Below are positions 29,379 to 39,288 of a stretch of 55,603 nt of DNA, in pieces (within the stretch, counting starts at the first letter, position 1; every line of letters starts with the position of its first letter). Source of the stretch: Candidatus Methylomirabilota bacterium (GTDB lineage: Bacteria > Methylomirabilota > Methylomirabilia > Rokubacteriales > CSP1-6); contig JBKPAK010000069.1 of assembly GCA_046726415.1 (NCBI GenBank), positions 1 through 55,603 of the forward strand. The letters are read 5' to 3'. Made by a program: the position numbers and the translations under genes. The notes under the pieces are model-generated. The model saw only the letters and a list, made by a program, of their open reading frames with translations, had not been told where the DNA came from and ran no database searches.

Positions 29379-29846
29379 TCAGTTCTGGAAGCCAAAGAGC
29401 CGCCAGGCCGACCCCTCGCGTCTGGCCACCTCCGGCTGATTCTGCCAGGTCAGGATCGGCACCCACCCGACGAGCGGGAGATGGCCGGATACTTCACCAC
29501 TGGTGTACAGCCACGCGCCACCATCGACCAATCGCACCTGGTCGATCGCCACGCGGGCGCGCATTTCGTCGTAGAGCGCGAACATCGCGAGGAGCTGCTG
29601 GCGGATGACCGGCTTGGTGATCCCCTCGCTCCGATATTGCTCGGAGACCGATGCCAGCACCCCGCTGGCGTCTCGCGCCTCGAAGCGCTGCCGGGCGCGC
29701 TCGACCGAGAGTCGAAGCTCGGCGATCACCTCGGGAGGTGCCGGCTTTGCCCCGGTCTTCCCGGACCCCGACGCGGGCGCGGCGGGCAGCATCGCGCCCG
29801 TGGCGATCGCCACCATGAGCAGGAGCGCGACCAGGAATCGCCCCAT
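29379..29846 (-). CDS. Secreted hypothetical protein, possibly NTF2-like
   Basis: Signal peptide; FEARD..VL..VSEQY..G and the terminal REGSAWRL pattern are typical of NTF2-like folds. Confidence 0.6.
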   Translation of the reverse strand: MGRFLVALLLMVAIATGAMLPAAPASGSGKTGAKPAPPEVIAELRLSVERARQRFEARDASGVLASVSEQYRSEGITKPVIRQQLLAMFALYDEMRARVAIDQVRLVDGGAWLYTSGEVSGHLPLVGWVPILTWQNQPEVARREGSAWRLFGFQN

Positions 29847-29888
29847 CGACATACACCCACGACCGTCATCCATGGCGGTGGTCGCCAG

Positions 29889-30986
29889 TCAGACGCGCTC
29901 CTCGCTCCGCCAGGGCTCGACCAGGATCTTCACGTGGCGCTCCGGTGAGCTGAGTTCCTCGAATGCCGGCGCCACGCCGTCGACGCCGACTTTCCCGGTG
30001 ACCAGCGGCGCGGTGCCGATTGCGCCTTCGGCGAAGTGGCGGAGGGTCGCCGCGAACTCCTCAGGCGTGTAGCCGAGGACGAACTGCAGGGCCAGCTCTT
30101 TGGTGATGCCGAACATCGGGTGGATCGCGTCCTGCTCCATGCAGACGCCGACCACCACGATCCGCGCGCCGCGGGGCGACGCCGCCATGATCTGATCGAG
30201 CACGCCGGGGACGCCGACGCATTCGAAGACCACGGCGGGACGCAGCGGTGGGCCGGGCACCCACGGCGGCAGTCGCGGCGCGCGGCTCGCGTCGCGCCAG
30301 GCGGCGACCTCGCGCCAGCTCTGCCAGGGGGTCCGCTCCGCCGGGTCGACGATCACGTCGGCACCGACGGCGGCGGCCAGCGCGCGCCGGCGCGGCGAGA
30401 AGTCGGCAGCCACGATCGGGCGCACGTTCTTCAGGCGCAGCGCCGCGATCACCGCGAGCCCAACCGGACCGCAGCCGATGACGAGCGGCGCATCGTCCGG
30501 CTCCAGCCGGGCCTTGTTGACCGCGTGAAGGCCGACCGCCATCGGTTCGGTGAGCGCCGCCTGTTCGGTGGCGAGCCCGGCGGGGACCTCGAGAAGCAGG
30601 GCCTCGGTGAGGCGCATGTACTCGCCGTAGCCGCCGGGGGCGTCGTTCGAGTAGCCAACGGTGCGGATCCCATCCGGGCGAACGAGCGTGGGTCGTGAGC
30701 AGACGCGGGTCCCGGCCGGGAGGGCTCGGGTCGTGCCCGGTCCGTGCTCGACGATCTCCGCGCAGAACTCGTGCCCCATGACGACGTCGCGGCTCAGATC
30801 CATGGTGAATGCGCTTCCCGCGAGGCGGGAGGCCTCGACGAGCTTCTCGGCGTGCCTCAGGGCGTGAAGGTCGGAGCCGCAGATCCCACAGGCGAGCGTC
30901 TTGACGAGCACCTCACCCGAGCCAGGCTCCGGAATGGGGACATCGGCGACGACGAGCTTCTGGCTTCGCATGACGGCTGCGCGCAT
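29889..30986 (-). CDS. Zinc-binding (MDR) dehydrogenase
   Basis: Motifs CGICGSDLH, MGHEF, LTEPMAVGLHAV, IGCGPVG and FECVG. Confidence 0.92.
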   Translation of the reverse strand: MRAAVMRSQKLVVADVPIPEPGSGEVLVKTLACGICGSDLHALRHAEKLVEASRLAGSAFTMDLSRDVVMGHEFCAEIVEHGPGTTRALPAGTRVCSRPTLVRPDGIRTVGYSNDAPGGYGEYMRLTEALLLEVPAGLATEQAALTEPMAVGLHAVNKARLEPDDAPLVIGCGPVGLAVIAALRLKNVRPIVAADFSPRRRALAAAVGADVIVDPAERTPWQSWREVAAWRDASRAPRLPPWVPGPPLRPAVVFECVGVPGVLDQIMAASPRGARIVVVGVCMEQDAIHPMFGITKELALQFVLGYTPEEFAATLRHFAEGAIGTAPLVTGKVGVDGVAPAFEELSSPERHVKILVEPWRSEERV

Positions 30987-31129
30987 GGGCCTACAGCCGC
31001 CGTCCTGACGACAGCGAGTAGATTTGCACGGCCTGGCTCCTGGTCTTCATCACAGGCTCGACCAGCGTGAAGCGATCGACGAAAGGCTAGGCGAAGGGCC
31101 CGGCATGGGCAAGCCGCAACGGGTAAGGA

Positions 31130-32287
31130 TCACGGGGCGCCAAGGAGGAGTTTCCCGCCGAGCTGCGCCACGTCGAAGTGGTACAGGCGCGCGGTGTTGC
31201 CACCAGCGATCTTGGCCTGCTCGTCCTCAGGCACCCCGGCGAGGGTCTCCGCCAGGATCGTCCGGGATTGCGGAAAAGTGGACTCGCTGTGCGGGTAGTC
31301 GGAGCCCCACATCATGTTGTCGACGCCGATCACGTCCCGCAGGCGAATGCCAATAGCGTCCTCCTGAAAGCTCAGGAAGACATTGCGGTGGAAGAAGTCG
31401 CTCGGACGCATGGCGTCCGTGAACCGGTAGCGCGCCTCCTCGTGGCGTTCGCGGTACGTGTAGTCCATGGTGGACAGCACGTGGGGGACCCAGGCCAGCT
31501 CGAATTCCGCGATGACCAGCTTGAGGCCGGGATAGCGCTCGAAGACGCCCGAGAAGATCATGTCGCACATCGAGGTCGCGGGATAGAAGGCCTTGGTCGC
31601 GCGGCTGCTCGCGTCGCGCAAGGTCGTCTCTCCCGCCCCGCGGATCCGGCCCTGCCGCCGCGTGGCCGTGTGCAAGGTGAGGGGCAGGTCGAGCGCCTGG
31701 GCCGCCGCCCAGAAGGGCTCGTACTCCGGCAGGTCGTAGCGCCGGTCCTCGGCGGGATACTCGGTGATCATCGCGCCGGCAAAGCCCATGGAAGCCGCGC
31801 GCTCCAGTTGCTTGATGCCATCGCGGACATCGTCGACGTTGACCATGGCGATGCCCTTGAGCCGCGCCGGATTCGCGCGGCAGAACTCGGCCAGCCAGTC
31901 GTTGTAGGCCCGGAAGATCGCCGACATGAGCGCCGGGTCGGCGACTTTGAAGTAGAAAAGGCCCTGGGACGGATACAGCACCTCGCCGGCGACCCCGTCG
32001 AGTTGCATGTCCTCGAGGTGCTGCCCGGGGTCATACCCGCCGCGGTGGACGTCTTCGAAGCGCCCCTGGCCGGAGATGGTCTCAGGCGCCTCGAAGCGGG
32101 CCCCGGCGTTGGAGATGAGCCCGATACCGGAGACGATCTGGTCCCGTTCCACCACGAGCTGATCGACGCCGTTGATCCGCTGCATCCGGGGTGCCCGATC
32201 GCGAAAGGCCGCGTCGATCCGGGTCGTCCACAGATCTGGCGGCTCGAACACGTGAGAGTCTGACGAGAAAATGAGTGCGGGGACCAT
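31130..32287 (-). CDS. Amidohydrolase_2 family protein
   Basis: Motifs SSDSHVFEP, DGVAGEVLYPS, SGVFERYPGLK and MWGSDYPHSESTFP; RBS GGGAGG. Confidence 0.92.
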   Translation of the reverse strand: MVPALIFSSDSHVFEPPDLWTTRIDAAFRDRAPRMQRINGVDQLVVERDQIVSGIGLISNAGARFEAPETISGQGRFEDVHRGGYDPGQHLEDMQLDGVAGEVLYPSQGLFYFKVADPALMSAIFRAYNDWLAEFCRANPARLKGIAMVNVDDVRDGIKQLERAASMGFAGAMITEYPAEDRRYDLPEYEPFWAAAQALDLPLTLHTATRRQGRIRGAGETTLRDASSRATKAFYPATSMCDMIFSGVFERYPGLKLVIAEFELAWVPHVLSTMDYTYRERHEEARYRFTDAMRPSDFFHRNVFLSFQEDAIGIRLRDVIGVDNMMWGSDYPHSESTFPQSRTILAETLAGVPEDEQAKIAGGNTARLYHFDVAQLGGKLLLGAP

Positions 32288-32373
32288 CGGTGCCTCCCTC
32301 CGGCGACCAGCGAACTGGCACCCATGGTATCCCACCCGGTGGTGACTCCGGGGAAAGGGCTAAGCCTGACGGC

Positions 32374-33780
32374 ATGGACACCTACGACGTCGTGATTCTC
32401 GGTGGCGGCTCGGCCGGCGAGTACACCGCATCGCTGCTCGCGGCCGGCGGCAAGCGCGTGGCACTGGTGGAGGAGCGGTTGGTGGGCGGAGAGTGCCCCT
32501 ACTTCGCCTGCATGCCCAGCAAGGCCATGCTCACGGCCGCGGAACTGCGGCACAGGATCCGGCGCGCCGCGGTGATGGCCGGCGCCACCGGCCGCCCGCT
32601 CGATCCCGGCACCGACCGCGAGGCCTACGCCGCGGCCGTGGCGCGCCGGGATGTCGTCGCCCAGCACCGGCAGGACGCCGCCGCCGTGCAACGTCTCCAG
32701 GCGCAGGGCGTTCGAGTGATCAAGGCGCGCGGCCAGATCGAGGGCCCAGGCGTCCTGAGGGCCGGCGAGCTGCGCATCGGCTGGAGCGAGCTCGTCGTCG
32801 CCACCGGAAGCCGGTCCCCGGCGCCCGACATCCCCGGCATCGCCGCGGTGTCGTTCTGGAGCAGTGAACATTTCTACTCGACGGACGAACTGCCGGCATC
32901 GGCGGTCATCATCGGTGGCGGGCCCGTGGGTTGCGAGATGGCGCAGGTGCTCGCCCGCTTCGGCTCCCGTGTGACGCTCGTCCAGCACTCGGCGCAGCTC
33001 CTCTCCCGCGAGGAACCGGCGGTGGCCGAGGCTCTGGCGGCCGCCCTGCGGGAGGACGGCGTCGACGTGCGGCTGAGCGCGAATGCTATCAGCGTCGAGC
33101 CCGCCTCGGCCGGGGCGCGCATCACTTTGGACGACCGGTCGGGGGTGACGGTCGAGCGAGTGATCGCCGCCATCGGCAAGCGGGCCAACACGGATGGCAT
33201 CGGGCTCGAGCGGCTCGATGTCGAGCTGGACGCGCGAGGCTTCCTGGTGGTGGACGATCACTGCCGGGTGGCAGGGCAGCCCAGCCTGTGGGGTGCCGGT
33301 GATGTCACCGGCGCGGCCCTCTTCACCCACACCGCGAACTACCACGCCCGGACCATCGCCGCAAACCTGCTGGGCAAGGACTCCCGCACCGATGGCCGCG
33401 CCATCCCGCGCGGCGTCTACACCGACCCGGCGGTGGCGTCGGTGGGTCTGACGTCGAGCGCCGCCCGCGCGCAAGGCTACGACGTGGTGGTGGCCGCCTT
33501 CCCGATGGGCCAGACGGCGCGCGCCTTGCTGACGGGGATCACGACGGGTCTGCTGGTGCTGGTGGCTGACAAGAGCGCGCGCGTGCTGTTGGGGGCGTCG
33601 GTCATCGGCTCGCACGTGGAAGAACTCATTGGTGAGGCGGCGCTGGCCATTCGAGCACGGGTGCCGCTCGAGGTCCTGGCCGACCTCGTCCACCCCTTCC
33701 CGACCTACAGCGAGGCGTACGAGCCGCCGTTCCGCGAGCTCCTGGCCGCAGCCGGCGAAGCCGGAGCAGGGTGCGCCTAG
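32374..33780 (+). CDS. Pyridine nucleotide-disulfide oxidoreductase (Lpd/MerA-like family)
   Basis: Motifs GGGSAG, GGECPYFACMPSK (redox Cys pair), GGGPVGCE, GAGDV and HPFPTYSE. No C-terminal Cys-Cys, so not MerA proper. Confidence 0.9.
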   Translation: MDTYDVVILGGGSAGEYTASLLAAGGKRVALVEERLVGGECPYFACMPSKAMLTAAELRHRIRRAAVMAGATGRPLDPGTDREAYAAAVARRDVVAQHRQDAAAVQRLQAQGVRVIKARGQIEGPGVLRAGELRIGWSELVVATGSRSPAPDIPGIAAVSFWSSEHFYSTDELPASAVIIGGGPVGCEMAQVLARFGSRVTLVQHSAQLLSREEPAVAEALAAALREDGVDVRLSANAISVEPASAGARITLDDRSGVTVERVIAAIGKRANTDGIGLERLDVELDARGFLVVDDHCRVAGQPSLWGAGDVTGAALFTHTANYHARTIAANLLGKDSRTDGRAIPRGVYTDPAVASVGLTSSAARAQGYDVVVAAFPMGQTARALLTGITTGLLVLVADKSARVLLGASVIGSHVEELIGEAALAIRARVPLEVLADLVHPFPTYSEAYEPPFRELLAAAGEAGAGCA

Positions 33781-33836
33781 CGGCGTAGTAGACGAGGCTT
33801 GACAGACCGGCCAATCTGGAATCCCTCCACCGCCTT

Positions 33837-33861
33837 TGTGGCCTCCCGAGCAGGGGCCACA
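33837..33861. terminator. GC-rich hairpin after the oxidoreductase (possible terminator)
   Basis: TGTGGCCTC pairs with GGGGCCACA (9 bp, one G-U); no clear U-tract. Confidence 0.35.
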
Positions 33862-33929
33862 GGGTACGCTTCTGACGTAATCGGCATGTAACAAAATGTC
33901 CCGGAGGAATCGACCCGTAACCCGTTCAC

Positions 33930-34071
33930 GTGACGAGGGGTAGTGCCACGGTGCCTCCTCGCGAGCATCGCGACCCGGTCGGTGAGGTCGGAGGTAGACT
34001 TTCCGGGGCGGGCCGGTGTCGCAGCAGAGAGCCCGTCTCGCGGAAACGAGGTTCTTGCATGAGGAGGCGAA
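33930..34071 (+). promoter_or_regulatory. Structured folD leader containing an anti-SD segment
   Basis: GCCTCCTC (33953-33960) is complementary to the SD GAGGAGGC (34061-34068); extra hairpins lie in between. Confidence 0.35.
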
Positions 34072-34932
34072 ATGGCGGCACAACTCTTGGGTGGCGCCGC
34101 ATTCCTCGAGAAGGTCAAGCGGGACCTCACGTTCCGCGTTGACGCGCTCCGAGTGCGCGGGGTCGTGCCGGGGCTCGGCACCATTCTCGTGGGCGACGAT
34201 CCGAACAGCGCGTCGTACGTGCGACGGAAGCACGCCAACTGTGCCGAGGTGGGGATGGCGTCGTTTCATCGGGAACTCCCCACCGACGTGAGTCAGGCCG
34301 ATCTTCAGGCGGCCATCGCCGCATTCAACGGCGACCCCCTCGTCGACGCGTTCCTCGTGCAGCTTCCGCTGCCCCGCCACCTCGACGAGGGCAGGGCCCT
34401 CATGGCGGTCAATCCGGACAAGGACGTCGATGGTCTTCATCCGGTCAACCTCGGAAAGCTCGTCATGGGCGTCGAGGCACCGCGCCCATGCACCCCGGCG
34501 GGCATTCAGGCGCTTCTCGCCCACTACGGCGTGAAGGTCGAAGGCCGGCACGCGGTCATCGTGGGGCGCGGTCTGACGATTGGACGTCCCCTGGCGAATC
34601 TGCTCAGCCTCAAACAGCCGCAGGCGAACGCCGCCGTCACGGTGGTCCATACCGGCGTCGCCAACCTCGCCGACTACACCCGCCAGGCGGACATCCTCAT
34701 CGCCGCAGCGGGGAAGAGAAGCATCATCACGCCCGACATGGTGAAGCCGGGCGCGGTCGTCGTGAGCGCAGGGATCACGTGGGAAGGCCGCCGGCTCGTC
34801 CCCGATGTCGACGAATCGGTGGGAGAGGTCGCCTCGTGGATCACCCCCCGTCTCGGCGGTGTGGGTCCGACCACCATCGCCATGCTTCTGACCAATACGG
34901 TGCTGGCCGCCGAGCGTCGGGCGTTCGGCTGA
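34072..34932 (+). CDS. folD: Bifunctional methylene-THF dehydrogenase/cyclohydrolase
   Basis: Motifs LVGDDPNSASYVRRK, VQLPLP, KDVDGLHP, PCTPAG, VGRG..IGRP and TPRLGGVGPTT; strong RBS. Confidence 0.95.
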   Translation: MAAQLLGGAAFLEKVKRDLTFRVDALRVRGVVPGLGTILVGDDPNSASYVRRKHANCAEVGMASFHRELPTDVSQADLQAAIAAFNGDPLVDAFLVQLPLPRHLDEGRALMAVNPDKDVDGLHPVNLGKLVMGVEAPRPCTPAGIQALLAHYGVKVEGRHAVIVGRGLTIGRPLANLLSLKQPQANAAVTVVHTGVANLADYTRQADILIAAAGKRSIITPDMVKPGAVVVSAGITWEGRRLVPDVDESVGEVASWITPRLGGVGPTTIAMLLTNTVLAAERRAFG

Positions 34933-34957
34933 GCGCGAGCCCGGCCGCGCGGTGGCG

Positions 34958-35677
34958 ATGATCGCCCTCCGCAACGTGACGAAGACGTTCGGCAGCCGCG
35001 CGGCGGTGCGCGATGTCACCCTGGTCGTCGAGGCCGCCCACACGCACGTCCTCCTCGGCTCCAGTGGCTCCGGCAAGTCGACCATTCTGCGCCTCATCCT
35101 CGGTCTCCTCCAGCCGGATACGGGCCAGGTCATCGTCGGGGGGAACGAGAGACTCCCCATCGGCTACGTCGTCCAGGAGGGCGCGCTCTATCCGCACCTC
35201 ACGGCGGGGCAGAACGTCGTGCTGCCCGCCCGGGCCCAGGGATGGGACGCCGAGCGACAGCTCGCTCGACTGGCCGACCTGGTCGAGCTGGTCGGCCTGG
35301 ACCGCTCGCTCATGGATTCTTATCCGGCACAGCTCAGCGGCGGCCAGCGTCAGCGCGTCAGCTTGATGCGCGCCCTGATGCTCGACCCCTCGGTACTGCT
35401 CTTGGACGAGCCCCTCGGCGCCCTGGACCCGATCACTCGCGCGGAGCTCCAACGACAGCTCGTCGAGATCTTCCGGGAGTTGGGCAAGACCGTCATCCTC
35501 GTCACCCACGACGTTCGCGAAGCCTTCATCTTCGGATCCAGCATCTCGGTGCTGGACGCCGGCCGCGTGGTGCAGCAGGGCAGCTTCGCGGACCTCGCCC
35601 TGCGCCCCGCGGACCCGTTTGTCGCCGAATTCCTGCGCGCCCAGACGCCACCGGCCGACATGACGCGATACCTGTGA
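34958..35677 (+). CDS. Osmoprotectant/quaternary-amine ABC transporter ATP-binding protein
   Basis: Motifs GSSGSGKST, IGYVVQEGALYPH, YPAQLSGGQRQRV, LDEPLGALDPITR and VTHD. Confidence 0.92.
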   Translation: MIALRNVTKTFGSRAAVRDVTLVVEAAHTHVLLGSSGSGKSTILRLILGLLQPDTGQVIVGGNERLPIGYVVQEGALYPHLTAGQNVVLPARAQGWDAERQLARLADLVELVGLDRSLMDSYPAQLSGGQRQRVSLMRALMLDPSVLLLDEPLGALDPITRAELQRQLVEIFRELGKTVILVTHDVREAFIFGSSISVLDAGRVVQQGSFADLALRPADPFVAEFLRAQTPPADMTRYL

Positions 35678-35678
35678 C

Positions 35679-37196
35679 ATGCTGCCTCGCTGGCGACGGG
35701 GATCCACGATCGTAGGCGGCGCGCTGGCCGCGCTGCTCGCATGCGCTGAGGCGGGGAGCAAGGCGCCAACCATCGGGGTGGGATCGAAGTCGTTCACCGA
35801 GAGCTACATCCTCGCCGAGATCGCCGCTCAAATCATCGACGAGGCAGGTGAAGCGAGGGCGGCCCGGAAGCTGGGTCTCGGGGGAACGGGGATCGTCTAT
35901 GGAGCCCTGGCAAACGGGGACATCGACGTGTACCCCGAGTACACGGGGACGATCAGTCAGGCGATTCTCAAGGACGCGGCGGTCACGTCGCTGTCCGCGC
36001 TGCGCGAGCGACTGGGGTTATTGGGCCTCATCGTCAGCGACCCCCTCGGGTTCAACAATACCTACGCGCTGGCCGTTCGCCGCGAGACGGCCACCCGGCT
36101 CGGCCTCCAGACCATCAGCGACGTGCGCCCGCACCCCCAGCTCACCGCGGCGTTCGACCCCGGATTCCTGGAGCGCGAAGACGGATGGCCGGGGCTGCGC
36201 CGTCACTACGGTCTGCAGCTCGCCGATGTTCGCATCATGGAGCACGCGCTGACGTATACCGCCCTGACGAGCGGCCGCGTCGACATGATCGACATCTTCT
36301 CAACCGATGGCCAGCTGGCCCGGCTCGATCTCGTCCTGCTCCGCGACGATCGGGGATTTTTCCCGGACTACGCGGCGGTGTTGCTGGCCCGCCGCTCCGT
36401 GCGGGAGCGCTTTCCGAGGACATGGGAGCAGCTCGAACACCACCTGGTCGGCCGGATCGACACGACGACCATGGCGCGCCTCAATGCCCTCGCCGATCTC
36501 GAGGGCCGGCCGTTCGCGGAGGTCGCCGCCACGTTTCTCGGGCGATCGCAGCCCACTGCGCTGCCCCACTCCGGGCGCGAACTCATCACGTTGACCCTCG
36601 AGCACCTCTACCTCGTCGCCGTCTCCCTGGGAGTGGCCATCGCGCTCGGGCTGCCGATCGGCATTCTCGCCGCCCGCCGGCCGCGCCTGGCCCAGGTGGA
36701 GCTGGTGGGCGTCGGCCTGTTCCAGACGATTCCCGCTCTGGCCCTGCTGTCGTTCATGATCCCACTCTTCGGGATCGGCACGGTGCCGGCCCTCGTCGCG
36801 CTCAGCCTTTACGCACTTCTGCCGATCGTCCGGAACACCCATGCCGGCCTCAGCAGTCTCGATCCACGGCTCGTCGAGATGACCTCCGCCCTCGGGATCG
36901 CGGGCTGGCAGCGGCTGGCGTGGATCGAGCTTCCCCTGGCCTCGGTCACCATCATGGCCGGGATCAAGACATCGGCCGTGGTGACCGTCGGCACGGCGAC
37001 CTTGGCGGCGTTCATCGGAGGCGGTGGCTACGGGACCCTGATCGTGACCGGGCTGGCCCTCAATGACGTCGGGACGATCCTGACCGGCGCCATACCGTCG
37101 GCGCTGATGGCGCTGGCGATTCACGCGGGATTCGAGGCCCTGGACCGCCTCGTCATTCCTCGGGGCCTGCGCCTGTCGCCCTCAGCGCCCGCATAG
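35679..37196 (+). CDS. Fused betaine-type substrate-binding protein + permease
   Basis: SBP: VGSKSFTESYILAE, DVYPEYTGT, GFNNTYAL, FSTDG, FFPDY. Permease: QTIPALAL, YALLPIVRNT, IELPLA, AAFIGGGGYG. Confidence 0.92.
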   Translation: MLPRWRRGSTIVGGALAALLACAEAGSKAPTIGVGSKSFTESYILAEIAAQIIDEAGEARAARKLGLGGTGIVYGALANGDIDVYPEYTGTISQAILKDAAVTSLSALRERLGLLGLIVSDPLGFNNTYALAVRRETATRLGLQTISDVRPHPQLTAAFDPGFLEREDGWPGLRRHYGLQLADVRIMEHALTYTALTSGRVDMIDIFSTDGQLARLDLVLLRDDRGFFPDYAAVLLARRSVRERFPRTWEQLEHHLVGRIDTTTMARLNALADLEGRPFAEVAATFLGRSQPTALPHSGRELITLTLEHLYLVAVSLGVAIALGLPIGILAARRPRLAQVELVGVGLFQTIPALALLSFMIPLFGIGTVPALVALSLYALLPIVRNTHAGLSSLDPRLVEMTSALGIAGWQRLAWIELPLASVTIMAGIKTSAVVTVGTATLAAFIGGGGYGTLIVTGLALNDVGTILTGAIPSALMALAIHAGFEALDRLVIPRGLRLSPSAPA

Positions 37197-37247
37197 AACC
37201 GCAGCGTCGGACAGATCGGCGTGGGCGGCGCCTGGGCGCGGCGACGA

Positions 37248-38291
37248 TTACCGCGATTCGATCGGCCGCGCGAGGATCAGGGCGAAGCGCTCGTCCTGGT
37301 CGGTGTACCAGTTCTCGAGCGACAGCTGCGCGTCCACCAGCATGGCCTCGACCGACGTGCGGGTGAACTTGTACGAGTTCTCTGTCCAGATGCCCTCTCC
37401 CTCGGCGAACTCGAGCCGCATGCCGAGGCGCCGCAGGTGCACGCGCTGTGGAGCCGCGGCAATCAGGTGCATCTCGATGCGGTGCTCGGTGGTGCTGTAG
37501 AACGCGAGATGCCGGAACGCCGCCGGGCAGAAGTCCCCCTGGACCGCCCGGTTCACCACGCAGAGGATGTTGCGGTTGAACGCACGCGTCACGCCGGCCG
37601 CGTCGTTGTACGCGGCCTCGAGGACGCGCCGATCCTTCACGAGATCGACTCCCAGGAGCAGCCGGCCCTCTGAGCCGACGAGGTGTCGGATCTGGGTCAG
37701 CAGGGCCTGGCGCGCCGTGGGATCGAAGTTGCCGATCGTACTTCCCAGGAACAGCACCAGGCGGCGCCCGACCGGAGACGGAAAGCGGGCGAGGTGCCGT
37801 TCGAAGTCGCCGACCACCGCGTGTACGCGCAGCCAGGGGTGATCTCGCATCAGGTCGCTCACCGCGGACGCCAAGCTATCGCGACCGACGTCGATCGGAA
37901 GGTACGAGATGCCGCTCGAGGGATCGACGGCATCCAGGAACGGGCGGACTTTGCGGCACGACCCGGGCCCCAGCTCAACGATCTCGCTTGGCTTTGTTCC
38001 CTGAACGATCTCGCGCGCGAATCGACCAATCAAGCTCTCCTCGACTCGCGTCAGGTAATACTCCGGGAGTGTGGTGATGCGGTCGAACAGCTTTGCGCCG
38101 GTCTCGTCGTAGAAGTACTTGGGCGGAAGCCAGCGCGGCCGCGCACTCAGGCCGCGCCGAACGTCCTCCTCCAGCATGGCCTGAAGCTCCAAGGCGTCGG
38201 CGTGGACGTCGAATCGGCACCGCGAGTTCGCCGATTCCGGGTGACAGCGATTGTCGGTGCCCAGCGACCCAGCTGTGCCGGCGCGCCACAT
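37248..38291 (-). CDS. egtD: L-histidine N(alpha)-trimethyltransferase
   Basis: Motifs LPPKYFYD, FDRITTLPEYYLTR, VELGPGS, FLGSTIGNF, AAYNDAAGVT..FN, RIEMHL and TENSYKF. Start uncertain (38177-38411). Confidence 0.93.
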   Translation of the reverse strand: MWRAGTAGSLGTDNRCHPESANSRCRFDVHADALELQAMLEEDVRRGLSARPRWLPPKYFYDETGAKLFDRITTLPEYYLTRVEESLIGRFAREIVQGTKPSEIVELGPGSCRKVRPFLDAVDPSSGISYLPIDVGRDSLASAVSDLMRDHPWLRVHAVVGDFERHLARFPSPVGRRLVLFLGSTIGNFDPTARQALLTQIRHLVGSEGRLLLGVDLVKDRRVLEAAYNDAAGVTRAFNRNILCVVNRAVQGDFCPAAFRHLAFYSTTEHRIEMHLIAAAPQRVHLRRLGMRLEFAEGEGIWTENSYKFTRTSVEAMLVDAQLSLENWYTDQDERFALILARPIESR

Positions 38292-38615
38292 GTGGTCGTC
38301 ACTCCCCGGCGATGGTGCGCCGGCGCTTGTAGAAGTTTCGCCATGACCTGAGAATCGACATCTCGGCTTGGTCGTTTTCACGGCGGGCTCGTCGGCATGG
38401 GATGCCTGCAAGTCCGGGGCCCGCGAGAGCCAAATCGCTCACCCGAAGGTGTCGCGGATCGAGCGCCCGCCCGCCGGGTCAGCCTCCCGGCTGCCGAGCC
38501 GTATCGAGGGGCGCCGCGGGAGTGCCGTGGCGCCCCCTCGAGCCTCCGGGGACTTAGGGCCTCCCCTATCGAGGCCCCATGTTGCTTAGTCCGGATGATC
38601 GGATGCGGGCGACGG

Positions 38616-39020
38616 TCACGAGGCCTGATGGTCGGTCTGGACGACGGTGAGCTTGAGCGCCTGACACTGTTCGCCGGTTGACTGACACTCCACCGAGACG
38701 AACGCTCCCTCCTTCAGAACCGAGGGCTGTGCCGAGACTCCTCGTAGTCACCCGGGAACTTGTTTGTGCCGTCCGCGGTGCGCCTCGCCATCGCGAATTT
38801 CGTCGATGGGGTCACCACGATTGTGCGGTTCGTAATGTTCGCATCGGGCGTCCCTCCACGCCACGGTCCGACGTCATGAAGGACGAACGATCCCCTCGCG
38901 CGGTCGACCGAACTCACGGTGCCTGCGTACGCGGCGATTCGATCCGCGCTCGCCGGAAGGGTCCCGACGGTGAACAATCCGACGACCATCAGCCGAGATT
39001 TTCGCGAGTCGCTGTGACAT
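38616..39020 (-). pseudogene. Small secreted OB-fold-like protein, two frameshifts
   Basis: RBS AGGAGG and ATG 39020. Reconstruction: signal peptide, YAGTVSSVDRARGSFVLHDVGPW..IVVTPSTKF..FPGDY/LKEGAFVSVEC..ALKLTVV*. Confidence 0.55.
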
Positions 39021-39288
39021 TAGTCCACCTCCTGCTACCTGCCGTCGCTGGCACGGCCCTTGCGCCGCGTCCGAACCGGCACTGCTGAGAGCGAATTAGG
39101 CTCGCCCACGTTCCGCCACTCGCGGCCAGGCTGACCTGAACACGAAGGTGCATATCGCGCACCAGCCGCTACCCGAAGTTTGGCTGTCATTCGAGCGAAC
39201 TACTCGGGCGACGGGATGAGCAAATTCAGGCAACGAGATTTGCCGGGCTCGTTCCGACGCCCAGCACTGGGAAGCGGCTATTTGGGCG

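Noticed and set aside
32374..33780. Mercuric reductase merA or true lpdA
   Set aside because: No C-terminal Cys pair or mer genes, no 2-oxoacid dehydrogenase context, and the C-terminal motif is HPFPT rather than the Lpd HPT.
33900..34060. Known ZTP, THF or SAM-I riboswitch upstream of folD
   Set aside because: The GUGACUGGC..GCCUGGGC ZTP core and the THF core were not found. The slight SAM-I resemblance (GGAGG..CCCG, ACGGUGCC) lacks the AUC..GAG and GCAACC elements.
31768..35160. 1130-aa minus-strand ORF and other long antisense ORFs (e.g. 12802-14025, 26546-28123, 40257-42011)
   Set aside because: Shadow frames opposite well-supported genes, expected at high GC; no recognisable motifs.
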